A stretch of 45,547 nucleotides of DNA from Candidatus Woesearchaeota archaeon (GCA_018399355.1 JAGYOA010000002.1:1-45547), one strand, 5' to 3'. Positions 17,877 through 26,495 are shown, numbered from the stretch's first letter. Notes: generated by a model from the letters alone, not told the origin. Made by a program: numbers and translations.

Positions 17877-18779
17877 TTAATCAAAACATTCAATTACCTT
17901 TTGTTCAGCATCATCAAATGATTTTGCTTTATTTTTTGCATCATCTAGTGCCCTACTCCATACAGCTTTTGATATTGTATGGTCTGCATTTGGATTGTTG
18001 GTAACATCATGGCACATGTTCTTAGTAAGAACATAGACTTTTTCATCTGCAAACTTGCTACTTACCATAGCTGAACGCATAGTCTCTATCTTGGATTTGC
18101 ATTCTGGCTTGTCTGCGAGAACCGCAATCTGTTCATAATACACAATCTTTTTCTCAGCAAACCTGTATAGTGCGTGATTAATATTGTTTTCCCGTTCTAC
18201 AAAACCAGAACATAACTGATATGTGTTTGAGTATACCATTTTGTAATCTTTCAAACCAGCAACTTCCTTCTTAACATCATTGATCAGTACAACAAAGTCT
18301 TTATGGAGCTGAACCTGCTTAGCATCATCACTCAGCTGCACAGCATCATACCTGACTTCCCTTGCTTCCCTTGCGTTGGTTAACTGCAAATTAAGAGAAT
18401 CTATCTCATCAGACTGTGCATCTATATCATCAGATTGTTTCTGCGTGGCCATATAACCCCAAACAGAGCCAGCCAGCAAAAGGACAATCAAACCAACAAT
18501 TACTACCAGTCCAATAGAATCTGCAGAATCTCTTTTTCTATTAACTTCTTCTGCCCTATTGGTGCTTCTTCGTCTCTGAGCATCCATCAATACATCATCT
18601 CTTCTGCCTTTTGCTGCAACCCTGTTATCTGCTTTCAATCCTTCATTCCTGCCTTTTGCTGCAACTCTTGCATCCGCTCTTTTGTCAGCTGCTTCTCTTC
18701 TATCAGCAACTCTTTCCCTTTCTGCTATCCTCTCGCCAGGATAATCATTCTGTTTATGATACTCATATTTTTTTGTCAT
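17877..18779 (-). CDS. Single-pass membrane protein with basic repeat-containing N-terminus and about 190-aa external domain
   Basis: ORF 17877..18794. The ATG at 18794 is part of the SD GGAGGTGG, so the ATG at 18779 (MTKKYEYH...) is preferred. It has a tandem RVAAKGR-containing 15-aa repeat, a TM (IGLVVIVGLIVLLLAGSVWGY), and no family recognised. Confidence 0.5.
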   Translation of the reverse strand: MTKKYEYHKQNDYPGERIAERERVADRREAADKRADARVAAKGRNEGLKADNRVAAKGRRDDVLMDAQRRRSTNRAEEVNRKRDSADSIGLVVIVGLIVLLLAGSVWGYMATQKQSDDIDAQSDEIDSLNLQLTNAREAREVRYDAVQLSDDAKQVQLHKDFVVLINDVKKEVAGLKDYKMVYSNTYQLCSGFVERENNINHALYRFAEKKIVYYEQIAVLADKPECKSKIETMRSAMVSSKFADEKVYVLTKNMCHDVTNNPNADHTISKAVWSRALDDAKNKAKSFDDAEQKVIECFD

Positions 18780-18802
18780 TAAAACCACCTCCATGGTTTT
18801 GT

Positions 18803-18997
18803 TTATTCTACTGCTATTTTTCTTTTTTTACTAGTAAATTCACGGTAATATTGACCATTGACTGATTTTTTACAATAAGGACATACGAGCGTTAGACCCA
18901 CTAATGCAGGGCTTGTTATTTTTTTGTGGCAATGATTACATATGATTGTTTCCATCTTGTTCTTGAGTATTTTTTTTGATTTTGCCATTTTTATCAT
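18803..18997 (-). CDS. Small zinc-ribbon protein
   Basis: CNHC-x17-CPYC arrangement in 64 aa. The true start could be the second Met (MAKSKK). Confidence 0.45.
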   Translation of the reverse strand: MIKMAKSKKILKNKMETIICNHCHKKITSPALVGLTLVCPYCKKSVNGQYYREFTSKKRKIAVE

Positions 18998-19018
18998 CTC
19001 TTTATTGTTATATCTTAA

Positions 19019-19177
19019 TTATTGTAATCTATGTAAGTGTGTCAGCCGGCTTTTGATATTTGCGCGCTCTGCCTGCTCTTTTATCATACGGTTTTCAATT
19101 TTTCCTAAGGCATGCTCCCAATAAATTATCCTTCTGGTTAATTCATTATTATTGATATCTTCCATGATATTTTCCAT
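19019..19177 (-). CDS. 52-aa helical micro-ORF
   Basis: Not in the ORF track. Sequence MENIMEDINNNELTRRIIYWEHALGKIENRMIKEQAERANIKSRLTHLHRLQ*, with AAGGGGGGAT upstream of the ATG. Confidence 0.3.
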   Translation of the reverse strand: MENIMEDINNNELTRRIIYWEHALGKIENRMIKEQAERANIKSRLTHLHRLQ

Positions 19178-19716
19178 TTAGATCCCCCCTTAACCTAAAC
19201 TATAGATGTTGTAGTAAAAGATTTATTCTTCATAAAAATGCAGCTTACGATCTTCTATTTCCAACATAGACATCAGATCAACTTCATCTGAAGAATATAT
19301 CTTATGCTTACTATCTTCAAAAAGCAATTTTATCACCCCTTTTCCCTTTTTTGTATTTAGCTATTTAACTGATATCTACATTGAAAACACTTAACATCCA
19401 CTCTACACACTAGGACGGACTGTCTAGCATATTTCTGGATTAGGTAGTATTAATGGGCCGATACAGTTATAGCCATTAAGACCATCAAGACTACTAAAAC
19501 CAAAATGGTTGACATTTTTTTTGTATATCTCATTTTTTGCCTCAGAGCCTTCTGCTTTAATATCAATTAATAATAACATAATTGGATATTTGATTACTGC
19601 CTATCAACTACTTCCCTCTCAACCTGTATATAGTATATTCTTGAAGTTCTTATGCCCTTTGTAGATATTTTAAAGAGATTAATAGAAATCGGTTGATAAT
19701 GTTAACCTGTTGATAA

Positions 19717-19739
19717 GCAGAAAAGAGGTTATACCTCTT
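19717..19739 (-). terminator. Hairpin plus T-rich tract downstream of the Lrp-family gene
   Basis: Perfect 7-bp stem aagaggt / acctctt (19723-19729 / 19733-19739) with a 3-nt loop. On the minus strand it is followed by TTCTGC, giving the run CTCTTTTCT. Confidence 0.3.
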
Positions 19740-19759
19740 AAAGTCTTGCTGTTTGACCC

Positions 19760-20320
19760 TTAATGAGAATGATTTAGGAATAAATCTTTTGGCGAAAAGT
19801 CTTTTTTATCAATTATTTCATGCAAGATTCCAAGTGGACTATGCGAGATAATCTTTTGAACAGAAAAAGTGTATACTCCATTAATTGTAACTTCATCCGC
19901 AAACTTAGTCTGGACTTCTGAGATATACCTCTCTTTCTGGGCTATGTCTCTAAAGGCCAGTAATAAAATATGTGAAGCGTTTTCATCAGCAACTCTGTAA
20001 GCGTCAATTACATAAGGTGCTTTAGAAATCCTTTCAGAAATCTGATCGTCTGAAAAAGATTTCCACATATTAGGAGAAAGGCGAATAATCATAAGCGCCA
20101 TGATATTAATCCCTATCTTTTTAAAATCAATAATAGGAATATAACCTTTGATAATGCCGCATTTCTCTAATTTTTCCCTTATCTTAAATATTGCCTGCGG
20201 AGAAAGTTTCATGCTTTTAGCAATATCACTATCTGGAATGTTCTTCAGGTCCAGTATTTTTTTAAGAACATTTCTGTCATTCTCCGTGAGCTTAGGCAAA
20301 TCAGGATCTCTTTTTTCCAT
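19760..20320 (-). CDS. Lrp/AsnC-family transcriptional regulator
   Basis: The HTH segment is LTENDRNVLKKILDLKNIPDSDIAKSMKLSPQAIFKIREKLEKCGIIKGY, followed by a RAM-like C-domain. The ATG at 20326 lies inside the SD GGAGGATG, so the ATG at 20320 (MEKRD...) is preferred. Confidence 0.75.
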   Translation of the reverse strand: MEKRDPDLPKLTENDRNVLKKILDLKNIPDSDIAKSMKLSPQAIFKIREKLEKCGIIKGYIPIIDFKKIGINIMALMIIRLSPNMWKSFSDDQISERISKAPYVIDAYRVADENASHILLLAFRDIAQKERYISEVQTKFADEVTINGVYTFSVQKIISHSPLGILHEIIDKKDFSPKDLFLNHSH

Positions 20321-20553
20321 AAACATCCTCCAAAATTAAGCTATATATATAATCATTTAAACCTTATTAATTTTTTGTTTTTTATTTATAAGCTGCCTGT
20401 AAATCTTATTTTGGCCAAAATGTGAACTTTTTGTTTGTTTGCCTTATTTTTTCTTTCAGTTTTGTTAGTTTAGAAATACTTATCCTTCCATAGTTTATCC
20501 ACTAAAATTATTTAACATAACAAAAATTATTTTGTTAAAAGTTTTATTTATTA

Positions 20554-21633
20554 TTATGTTACAAGCATTTTCTGGGCGTGGCCGTCCACTTTAATAAAAG
20601 GCTTGGCCTTATTTATCCATGCGCCAAACTTGTGTAGTTGTTCATACTTTGTTATCTTTTTTTCCTTGAGAATTCTTTTTGCTGTTTTTGGGCCTATTCC
20701 TGGAATCCTTATTAGCTCATCATAGCTTGCTTCATTTATGTCAATCGGTTTGTCAAATTTATGCATTGCAATGGCCATCTTTGGATCTTTATTTGGCAGC
20801 ATTCCATCCTCCATAACATCATAAAATTCTTTTACACTATAATTATAGTCTCTCATAAGAAAATCAGCATTGTAAAGATGAGTTTCTCTTTTCTTTTTCT
20901 CTGGTTTTTGATTTTCAAGAGGAGTTCCTTTAACAGGGGTAAATGCAGAAAAATAAACTCTTCTTAGCTCAAGCTTTTTGTATTCCCAATCAGCCATTTT
21001 TAAGACATCCTTATCAGTTGATATTTTGTTTAAAATTATCTGTGTTGTCTGTCCTGAACCAAGGTTCATTCTTGATATCCATGCCTGCCTTTTCAAAAGG
21101 TCATTTTTGTAATCCTTGCACGTGCTTATCTCAGAAAGAGAGCTTTTGTTTGGTGATTCTATATTGACACTTAATCTGTTTGAAATTTCAGATGCCTGCT
21201 TTACAAGGTCATAAGAAGTTCCAGGAAGAATCTTGAAATGAACATAGCCATGAAACTTATACTTGAATCTTAAAATCCTTACAGCATCAAGCATCTTTTC
21301 AGTTATAATATCAGGCTCTTTTGAAACAGCAGAACTGAGAAAAAGTCCTTCTACAGCAAGATTTTTTCTTAAATAATCAAATAAGGAAGCAAGCTCTTCT
21401 GGCTCATAATCTGCTTTTCTTTTTTTGCAATGCGTTGAATTCTCACAGTACTTACAGTCAAAAGAGCAGCTGTTTTCCATTAATGTTTTGAAAATTCTGC
21501 ATGTTTTGTGCTCTGCCTTTGCATAATATATCCCTCCGAGGCCCTGCTTTACAGTTACCTCGCACATTTTAGGCCCGCAACTGTCATAATGGCCAGCTTT
21601 TCCGAGAATTCTTGCCTTTTCAAGAGTATTCAT
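20554..21633 (-). CDS. Radical SAM protein with C-terminal helix-hairpin-helix (putative DNA modification/repair radical SAM family)
   Basis: Has the CSFDCKYC (CxxxCxxC) cluster, the N-terminus LEKARILGKAGHYDSCGP, and a C-terminal HhH (YDELIRIPGIGPKTAKRIL). This architecture matches the TIGR03916-type family as I remember it. Confidence 0.75.
   Translation of the reverse strand: MNTLEKARILGKAGHYDSCGPKMCEVTVKQGLGGIYYAKAEHKTCRIFKTLMENSCSFDCKYCENSTHCKKRKADYEPEELASLFDYLRKNLAVEGLFLSSAVSKEPDIITEKMLDAVRILRFKYKFHGYVHFKILPGTSYDLVKQASEISNRLSVNIESPNKSSLSEISTCKDYKNDLLKRQAWISRMNLGSGQTTQIILNKISTDKDVLKMADWEYKKLELRRVYFSAFTPVKGTPLENQKPEKKKRETHLYNADFLMRDYNYSVKEFYDVMEDGMLPNKDPKMAIAMHKFDKPIDINEASYDELIRIPGIGPKTAKRILKEKKITKYEQLHKFGAWINKAKPFIKVDGHAQKMLVT
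20559..20605. repeat. Right copy of island-flanking direct repeat (att-like), forming the functional 3' end of the radical-SAM gene
   Basis: See the left copy. It encodes ...KPFIKVDGHAQKMLVT* on the minus strand. Confidence 0.85.
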
Positions 21634-21668
21634 AACAAAAGAAATGATTTAATTCTTATAAACCTCAT

Positions 21669-22184
21669 TTATGCTTGTCCAGTGGCCAATGAACTTGCAC
21701 TAAAAAAATAACCTTGCTTTCCACTTAAGGGAACATACACAAAAAAATTTTCTTTGTCAAAAGGAACAATCTTTTTTTCTATGCCCTCTATTGTGTATAT
21801 CTTGCCTGAATATTTTTCATTTGTTTTTATTATTTTGCAAGGTATTTTTTTATGGTTCTCAAAATAACCAGCTATTATTCTAAGGCTGTCTTCTCTTTTT
21901 TCAGTGTAATACCTTTCCTGGGTCAATGATGCTAAGCTATTGTTAATTTTATATTCAAGTATTACTTTTACCAATCCTATTTTGTCTAACTTTTCTTTGT
22001 TTTCAATACTATAAGCATCTTCTACATACTGTTTTTTTAATTCACTTAAAGAAAAATCATTGTAGGGGAAGATTATATTGTGAATATCAACAAGTTTATC
22101 TTTATTTTTCCAGTTTTGACTATCATAAACCCTTCTCTTGTTTTTTCCCATTCCATAGAAATGTCTTTTTAATTTATTTTCCAT
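21669..22184 (-). CDS. Hypothetical protein
   Basis: 171-aa ORF directly upstream of, and on the same strand as, the radical-SAM gene. No motif recognised. Confidence 0.45.
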   Translation of the reverse strand: MENKLKRHFYGMGKNKRRVYDSQNWKNKDKLVDIHNIIFPYNDFSLSELKKQYVEDAYSIENKEKLDKIGLVKVILEYKINNSLASLTQERYYTEKREDSLRIIAGYFENHKKIPCKIIKTNEKYSGKIYTIEGIEKKIVPFDKENFFVYVPLSGKQGYFFSASSLATGQA

Positions 22185-22290
22185 ATATTATTGGGATGAG
22201 AGTTAGTTTTTATACATTGTGTTTGATATTGTAATTATCTATAAGTGGTGAAAATGAAAAGATTTATAAAGTATAAAAAATTCTTTTTAT

Positions 22291-22893
22291 ATGGTGTTCA
22301 AAATAGGATTTAATTTAAAAGATTATAGACAAGCAAACAATATTTTCTCTGCACTTGAAAAAAGAACTTCTACTTTATTTTCAAATTCAGATTATGGAAA
22401 AAGCGAAATTGAAGAAAAAAGTTTTAAAAAAAATGATGAGAAGACTCTTTATATTCTTAAAGATGGTTCAATCGATTCAGTTGTTAATATAGGCGGATCA
22501 GAGCAAAAACAAAAAGGTGATAAGATCTCTGTTAAAGGTTTTTTGCTTTATGTTGGAAAAGTAACCTTTGAAAAAGAATTGAAATACCATTTTAACCTTT
22601 TTGAAAAAAAAGAAAAGATTAATGATTCAATCATATGTCATCTAACAAAAAGATCAGAGCCAGATTCATTTATCTTATTTAATCAGATGGTTATTGCAAG
22701 CGTTAATCCTAAACAGGCAGGTTTTAACGATGGGAGTAATTCAAAATCAGATTATAAACCAAATCCTTTAACACTATATGGAACACTTCAACAAAGTGGA
22801 TATCTTTTTCTGGAAATTGATGGAGCACAAATAGGAACAAACCTTATTTATCATAATTATTCAGACAATAATTATGGTTTTAGAAACAAATAG
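22291..22893 (+). CDS. Hypothetical protein
   Basis: 200-aa ORF with an ATG start. No motif recognised. Confidence 0.45.
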   Translation: MVFKIGFNLKDYRQANNIFSALEKRTSTLFSNSDYGKSEIEEKSFKKNDEKTLYILKDGSIDSVVNIGGSEQKQKGDKISVKGFLLYVGKVTFEKELKYHFNLFEKKEKINDSIICHLTKRSEPDSFILFNQMVIASVNPKQAGFNDGSNSKSDYKPNPLTLYGTLQQSGYLFLEIDGAQIGTNLIYHNYSDNNYGFRNK

Positions 22894-22934
22894 TTTTATT
22901 AATAATAACTTCCTTCTTTTATTTGGGTGGTATT

Positions 22935-23447
22935 ATGAATGAGTTTCTTGATTTTATAAACACTAGAAGAAGTATAAGAAAATATAAAGAAGGAGAAATT
23001 AAAGAAGAGGATATAAACAAGATTCTTGAGGCAGCAATGCAAGCTCCATCTGCAAAAAACCAGCAGCCATGGCATTTTATTGTTGTAAAAGACAAAGAAG
23101 TTATTGAAAAAATCCCTGGGTTTCATCCAAATGCATCTATGGTAAAACAGGCATCATTAGGGATATTAGTTTGCGGAGATCCAAATCTTGAAACAGCAAA
23201 AGGAATGTGGGTTCAAGATTGTTCTGCTGCAACACAAAATATTTTGTTAGCTGTGCACGCATTAAACCTTGGGGCAGTCTGGACTGGAATTTATCCGAGA
23301 GAGGATCGAATGGAGGGATTTAAAAAACTGTTTGATCTTCCTGAAAATATAATTCCTTTCTCATTTATTCCTATAGGCCATCCTGATGAAGAACCGTTCA
23401 AGGCAGAAAGGTTTAAAAAAGAAAGAATCCACTATGATAAGTGGTAA
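22935..23447 (+). CDS. Nitroreductase family protein
   Basis: INTRRSIRKYK, APSAKNQQPWHFIVV and AVWTG are typical. The track start (TTG 22923) overlaps the SD GGGTGGT, so the ATG at 22935 is preferred. Confidence 0.85.
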   Translation: MNEFLDFINTRRSIRKYKEGEIKEEDINKILEAAMQAPSAKNQQPWHFIVVKDKEVIEKIPGFHPNASMVKQASLGILVCGDPNLETAKGMWVQDCSAATQNILLAVHALNLGAVWTGIYPREDRMEGFKKLFDLPENIIPFSFIPIGHPDEEPFKAERFKKERIHYDKW

Positions 23448-23498
23448 TTTTATTTTTTTATGAAAAAATTTATATAAGATTATTTTTAGTCAAATTAT

Positions 23499-24047
23499 AT
23501 GAGTGAATTAGTTGATGTTCTTGATGAGAAGGGAGAACCAACAGGAGAGATTCTTCCACTTGATAAGGTCCATAAGAAAGGACTTTGGCACAATGCATCA
23601 CATGTTTGGGTTTTTAATTCAAAAAAACAAATATTAATCCAGAAAAGAGGTAATGTGAAATATTTTCCTGGATTTTTTCATACTTCTGCAGCTGGTCATG
23701 TAGACTCAAAAGAAACACCTGAGCAGGCAGCATCAAGGGAAATGAAAGAGGAAATAGGAATAAACAGGGCTCCACAAGAATTAAAAAAAATAGGAGTATT
23801 AAAAGAAAATTTAAAAATAAAAAAACAAAATTTCTTTAATAATGAGTTTTTGCATGTTTTTATTTGCAGATATGACAAGGATATAACTGTTCTTGAGATT
23901 CAGAAAAAAGAGGTTAATGAAATAGAATGGATGGACATAAAAGAATTTGAGAAAGAGATAAAAGACAATAAAAAAACAAAAAAATATGTCCCTCACAAGG
24001 AATTATATAACTTTGCATTAAAAGCAATAAAGAAAGAGCTAAAATGA
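23499..24047 (+). CDS. Nudix hydrolase
   Basis: Complete Nudix box GHVDSKETPEQAASREMKEEIGI (G-x5-E-x7-REUxEExGU). Confidence 0.85.
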   Translation: MSELVDVLDEKGEPTGEILPLDKVHKKGLWHNASHVWVFNSKKQILIQKRGNVKYFPGFFHTSAAGHVDSKETPEQAASREMKEEIGINRAPQELKKIGVLKENLKIKKQNFFNNEFLHVFICRYDKDITVLEIQKKEVNEIEWMDIKEFEKEIKDNKKTKKYVPHKELYNFALKAIKKELK

Positions 24048-24814
24048 AGATAATATCCTGGAATGTAAATGGAATAAGAGCAGCTATGAAAAAAGGTTTT
24101 ATGGATTTTTTCAATAAGGTAGATGCAGATATTTTCTGCTTGCAGGAAACAAAAATACATGATGATAATATTCCTGAAGAACTTAAAAATATTGGAGCAA
24201 TACATGGATATAAGTCTTATTGGTTTGGTGCAAAGAAAAAAGGATACAGCGGAACAGCAATAATATCAAGGATAGATCCATTGTCTGTTAAAAAAGGATT
24301 TGGAGTAAAAAAGTTTGATGATGAGGGAAGAACAATAACATTTGAGCTTGAGAAGTTTTATATTATATGCGTTTATGCCCTTAATGCAAAGCCAGAGCTC
24401 GCAAGAATTGATGAGAAAGTTGAGTTTAATGAAAAATTCATAAAATACTGCGAAAAATTAAGAAAGAAAAAGCCGGTTGTTTTCTGCGGTGATTTGAATG
24501 TTGCACATGAAGAAATTGACTTAAAAAATCCAAAAAACAATGAGCATAATGCTGGCTTTAGCATAGAAGAAAGAGAGGCATTTCAGAAACAATTAGAAAA
24601 AGGTTATTTGGACACTTTCAGAATTTTCAATAAAGAGCCAGGGCATTACACTTGGTGGAGCTACCGCTTTAATGCAAGGGCAAAAGACATCGGCTGGAGA
24701 ATTGATTATTTCATTGCAAGCAAGGAATTAAAACCAAAGATATTTTCATCAGAAATACTTAAAAATGTCATGGGAAGCGACCACTGTCCTATACTTCTTG
24801 AAATTATAAATTAA
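24044..24814 (+). CDS. xth: Exodeoxyribonuclease III (AP endonuclease)
   Basis: MKIISWNVNGIRA, LQETK, GDLNVAH and GSDHCPILLEI are the canonical Xth/APE1 motifs. It has a 4-nt overlap with the Nudix gene. Confidence 0.9.
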   Translation: MKIISWNVNGIRAAMKKGFMDFFNKVDADIFCLQETKIHDDNIPEELKNIGAIHGYKSYWFGAKKKGYSGTAIISRIDPLSVKKGFGVKKFDDEGRTITFELEKFYIICVYALNAKPELARIDEKVEFNEKFIKYCEKLRKKKPVVFCGDLNVAHEEIDLKNPKNNEHNAGFSIEEREAFQKQLEKGYLDTFRIFNKEPGHYTWWSYRFNARAKDIGWRIDYFIASKELKPKIFSSEILKNVMGSDHCPILLEIIN

Positions 24815-25304
24815 TTACCCATATTGTGAAGTTTAATATCGCTGCAAAACTAACCCATAAGATATAAGGAATCTGTAGATAAGCAGCTGTCTTGCTCACT
24901 CTCTTGAAGCTTATTATCATGGCCATTATAAATCCCCACAATATAACTATTTCTGCAAATGCAAGAAGATAATTACTTAATCCAAAAAAGATTATTGACC
25001 ATAAGAAATTTAAAAACAGTTGTATTGAAAATAGTATAAGAGAAGATTTTACATCCGGATTCTGAATTCCTTCTTTGTAAACAAGATACATAGATACTCC
25101 CATCAGTATGTAAAGTATTGTCCAGACCGGACCGAAAAGCCATGAAGGTGGTGAGAACCATGGCTGATTAAATCCTGAATAAGTATCCTTAAAAGATGAA
25201 GATGCTATTGAAGTGCTTATAATCTGACTGAAAAATCCAATAATTATTGGAAGAATAATGAGAATTGCTAAAATAAGAATTCCTTTTGTATTTTTGTTCT
25301 TCAT
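24804..25304 (-). CDS. tspO: TspO/MBR family tryptophan-rich sensory protein
   Basis: PPSWLFGPVWTILYILMGVSMYLV plus 5 TM, typical of TspO. Confidence 0.8.
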   Translation of the reverse strand: MKNKNTKGILILAILIILPIIIGFFSQIISTSIASSSFKDTYSGFNQPWFSPPSWLFGPVWTILYILMGVSMYLVYKEGIQNPDVKSSLILFSIQLFLNFLWSIIFFGLSNYLLAFAEIVILWGFIMAMIISFKRVSKTAAYLQIPYILWVSFAAILNFTIWVINL

Positions 25305-25401
25305 GATAGTATAATTTATTTTAAACTATTTAATCTTTTTGCTTAGGCATAAACTGAAACAAACAAAAGCCTTTAAATAGTAAAATATATTACATGTTTT
25401 T

Positions 25402-26016
25402 ATGGAAGAAAAAGTGCTTATTGACAGGGAAACGCTGAAGGCCATAGCAGTGGATACAAGAATTAACATACTTAAGCTTCTTTCCAACAAAAGCTATACT
25501 TTAAGCGATATTGCTGATATGCTTGGACTTGGTGCATCAACAGTAAAGGAGCATTTAGATATTCTTGTAAAGGCAAAACTGGTAAAAAAAGAAAACACAG
25601 AGAGAAAGTGGAAGTATTACTCTTTAACATTTAAGGGAAGGCGCTTTATAGAGCCAAAAGAAGTCAAGGTTTTGTTTGCATTCATAACAACATTAATTGC
25701 TGCGGTAGGAACAGGATTTGTTTTTGCAAAAAGGTTCATTTTGAACGGAAGTCAAAGATTAATGGCTGCAGCACCTGAAATGTCAAGGATTAATGCCATG
25801 GATGCAGTTGAGGAAGGAGTACTAGCAAAAGGGGCAGAAGAGCTTCCTGTAGCTGCTCAGGAAGTAGTTTCCGAAGGATTACATATATCATTGTCTAATC
25901 CTTCAATCATTATGCTCATAGCGCTTTTGGTGCTTATAGCTTTAAGTGCTTTTCTTTTGGGGAATTTGCTTAAGAAGCCCCAGATTATAATAAATAAAAA
26001 AGGTGATAAAAAATGA
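25402..26016 (+). CDS. ArsR-type winged-HTH protein with C-terminal TM anchors
   Basis: The wHTH is LKAIAVDTRINILKLLSNKSYTLSDIADMLGLGASTVKEHLDILVKAKLV. There are two hydrophobic helices, FAFITTLIAAVGTGFVFA and IIMLIALLVLIALSAFLLGNLL. Confidence 0.7.
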   Translation: MEEKVLIDRETLKAIAVDTRINILKLLSNKSYTLSDIADMLGLGASTVKEHLDILVKAKLVKKENTERKWKYYSLTFKGRRFIEPKEVKVLFAFITTLIAAVGTGFVFAKRFILNGSQRLMAAAPEMSRINAMDAVEEGVLAKGAEELPVAAQEVVSEGLHISLSNPSIIMLIALLVLIALSAFLLGNLLKKPQIIINKKGDKK

Positions 26017-26495
26017 AAAAGATGATTTTTATAGTAGCTTTGATAGGACTATTTTTAGTTTCAGGATGCCAGGAAGAGCAAGATAATAATGATTCAGAGA
26101 ATCATTTTGAATGCAATTCAGATAGTGATTGCATTCCATTGCCCTCTGACTGTCATCCAATGCAGTGCATAAACAAAGAGTATGAGTCAGAGTATGAAAA
26201 ACCTGAATTCTGCACAGAGGTTTTTATGTATGAGGCAGCATACAATCCAGAAGACTGTTTATGTGTTGATAAGGTATGTGTCAATAAAAACTTAGGAAGA
26301 AGCCCTGAGGAAGAGATGACAGAAGAACAAAGATGCGCCCAGGAAGAAGGAGAATGGAAAACATTCCCAAATACATGTGTTGATTCCTGTGAATACAGAA
26401 GAAATGATGACTTAATGTGCGGAATGGCCTTAACAGAAGGTTGTGACTGCGGAGAAGGTATGTGCTGGAACGGCGAATCATGCGAGCAAATATAA
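26013..26495 (+). CDS. Secreted Cys-rich putative lipoprotein
   Basis: Signal peptide with LVSGC, and more than 15 Cys in the mature part. It has an ATGA overlap with the upstream wHTH gene. Confidence 0.55.
   Translation: MKKMIFIVALIGLFLVSGCQEEQDNNDSENHFECNSDSDCIPLPSDCHPMQCINKEYESEYEKPEFCTEVFMYEAAYNPEDCLCVDKVCVNKNLGRSPEEEMTEEQRCAQEEGEWKTFPNTCVDSCEYRRNDDLMCGMALTEGCDCGEGMCWNGESCEQI

Noticed and set aside
19381-19600. A relatively G+C-richer, ORF-poor stretch that I examined for a tRNA or other structured RNA. It also contains a 52-aa minus-strand ORF at 19423-19581.
   Set aside because: I could not fold any cloverleaf or extended helix by eye (only a weak 6-bp imperfect stem at ctaggac...gtctag). 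The 52-aa ORF lacks an SD and any recognisable motif. It is left unannotated.
13620-20605. Calling the island an active integrative element or provirus.
   Set aside because: I recognised no integrase or recombinase, replication protein or capsid-like gene in any frame. I claim only the att-like repeat and the compositional contrast. The mobility mechanism is left open.
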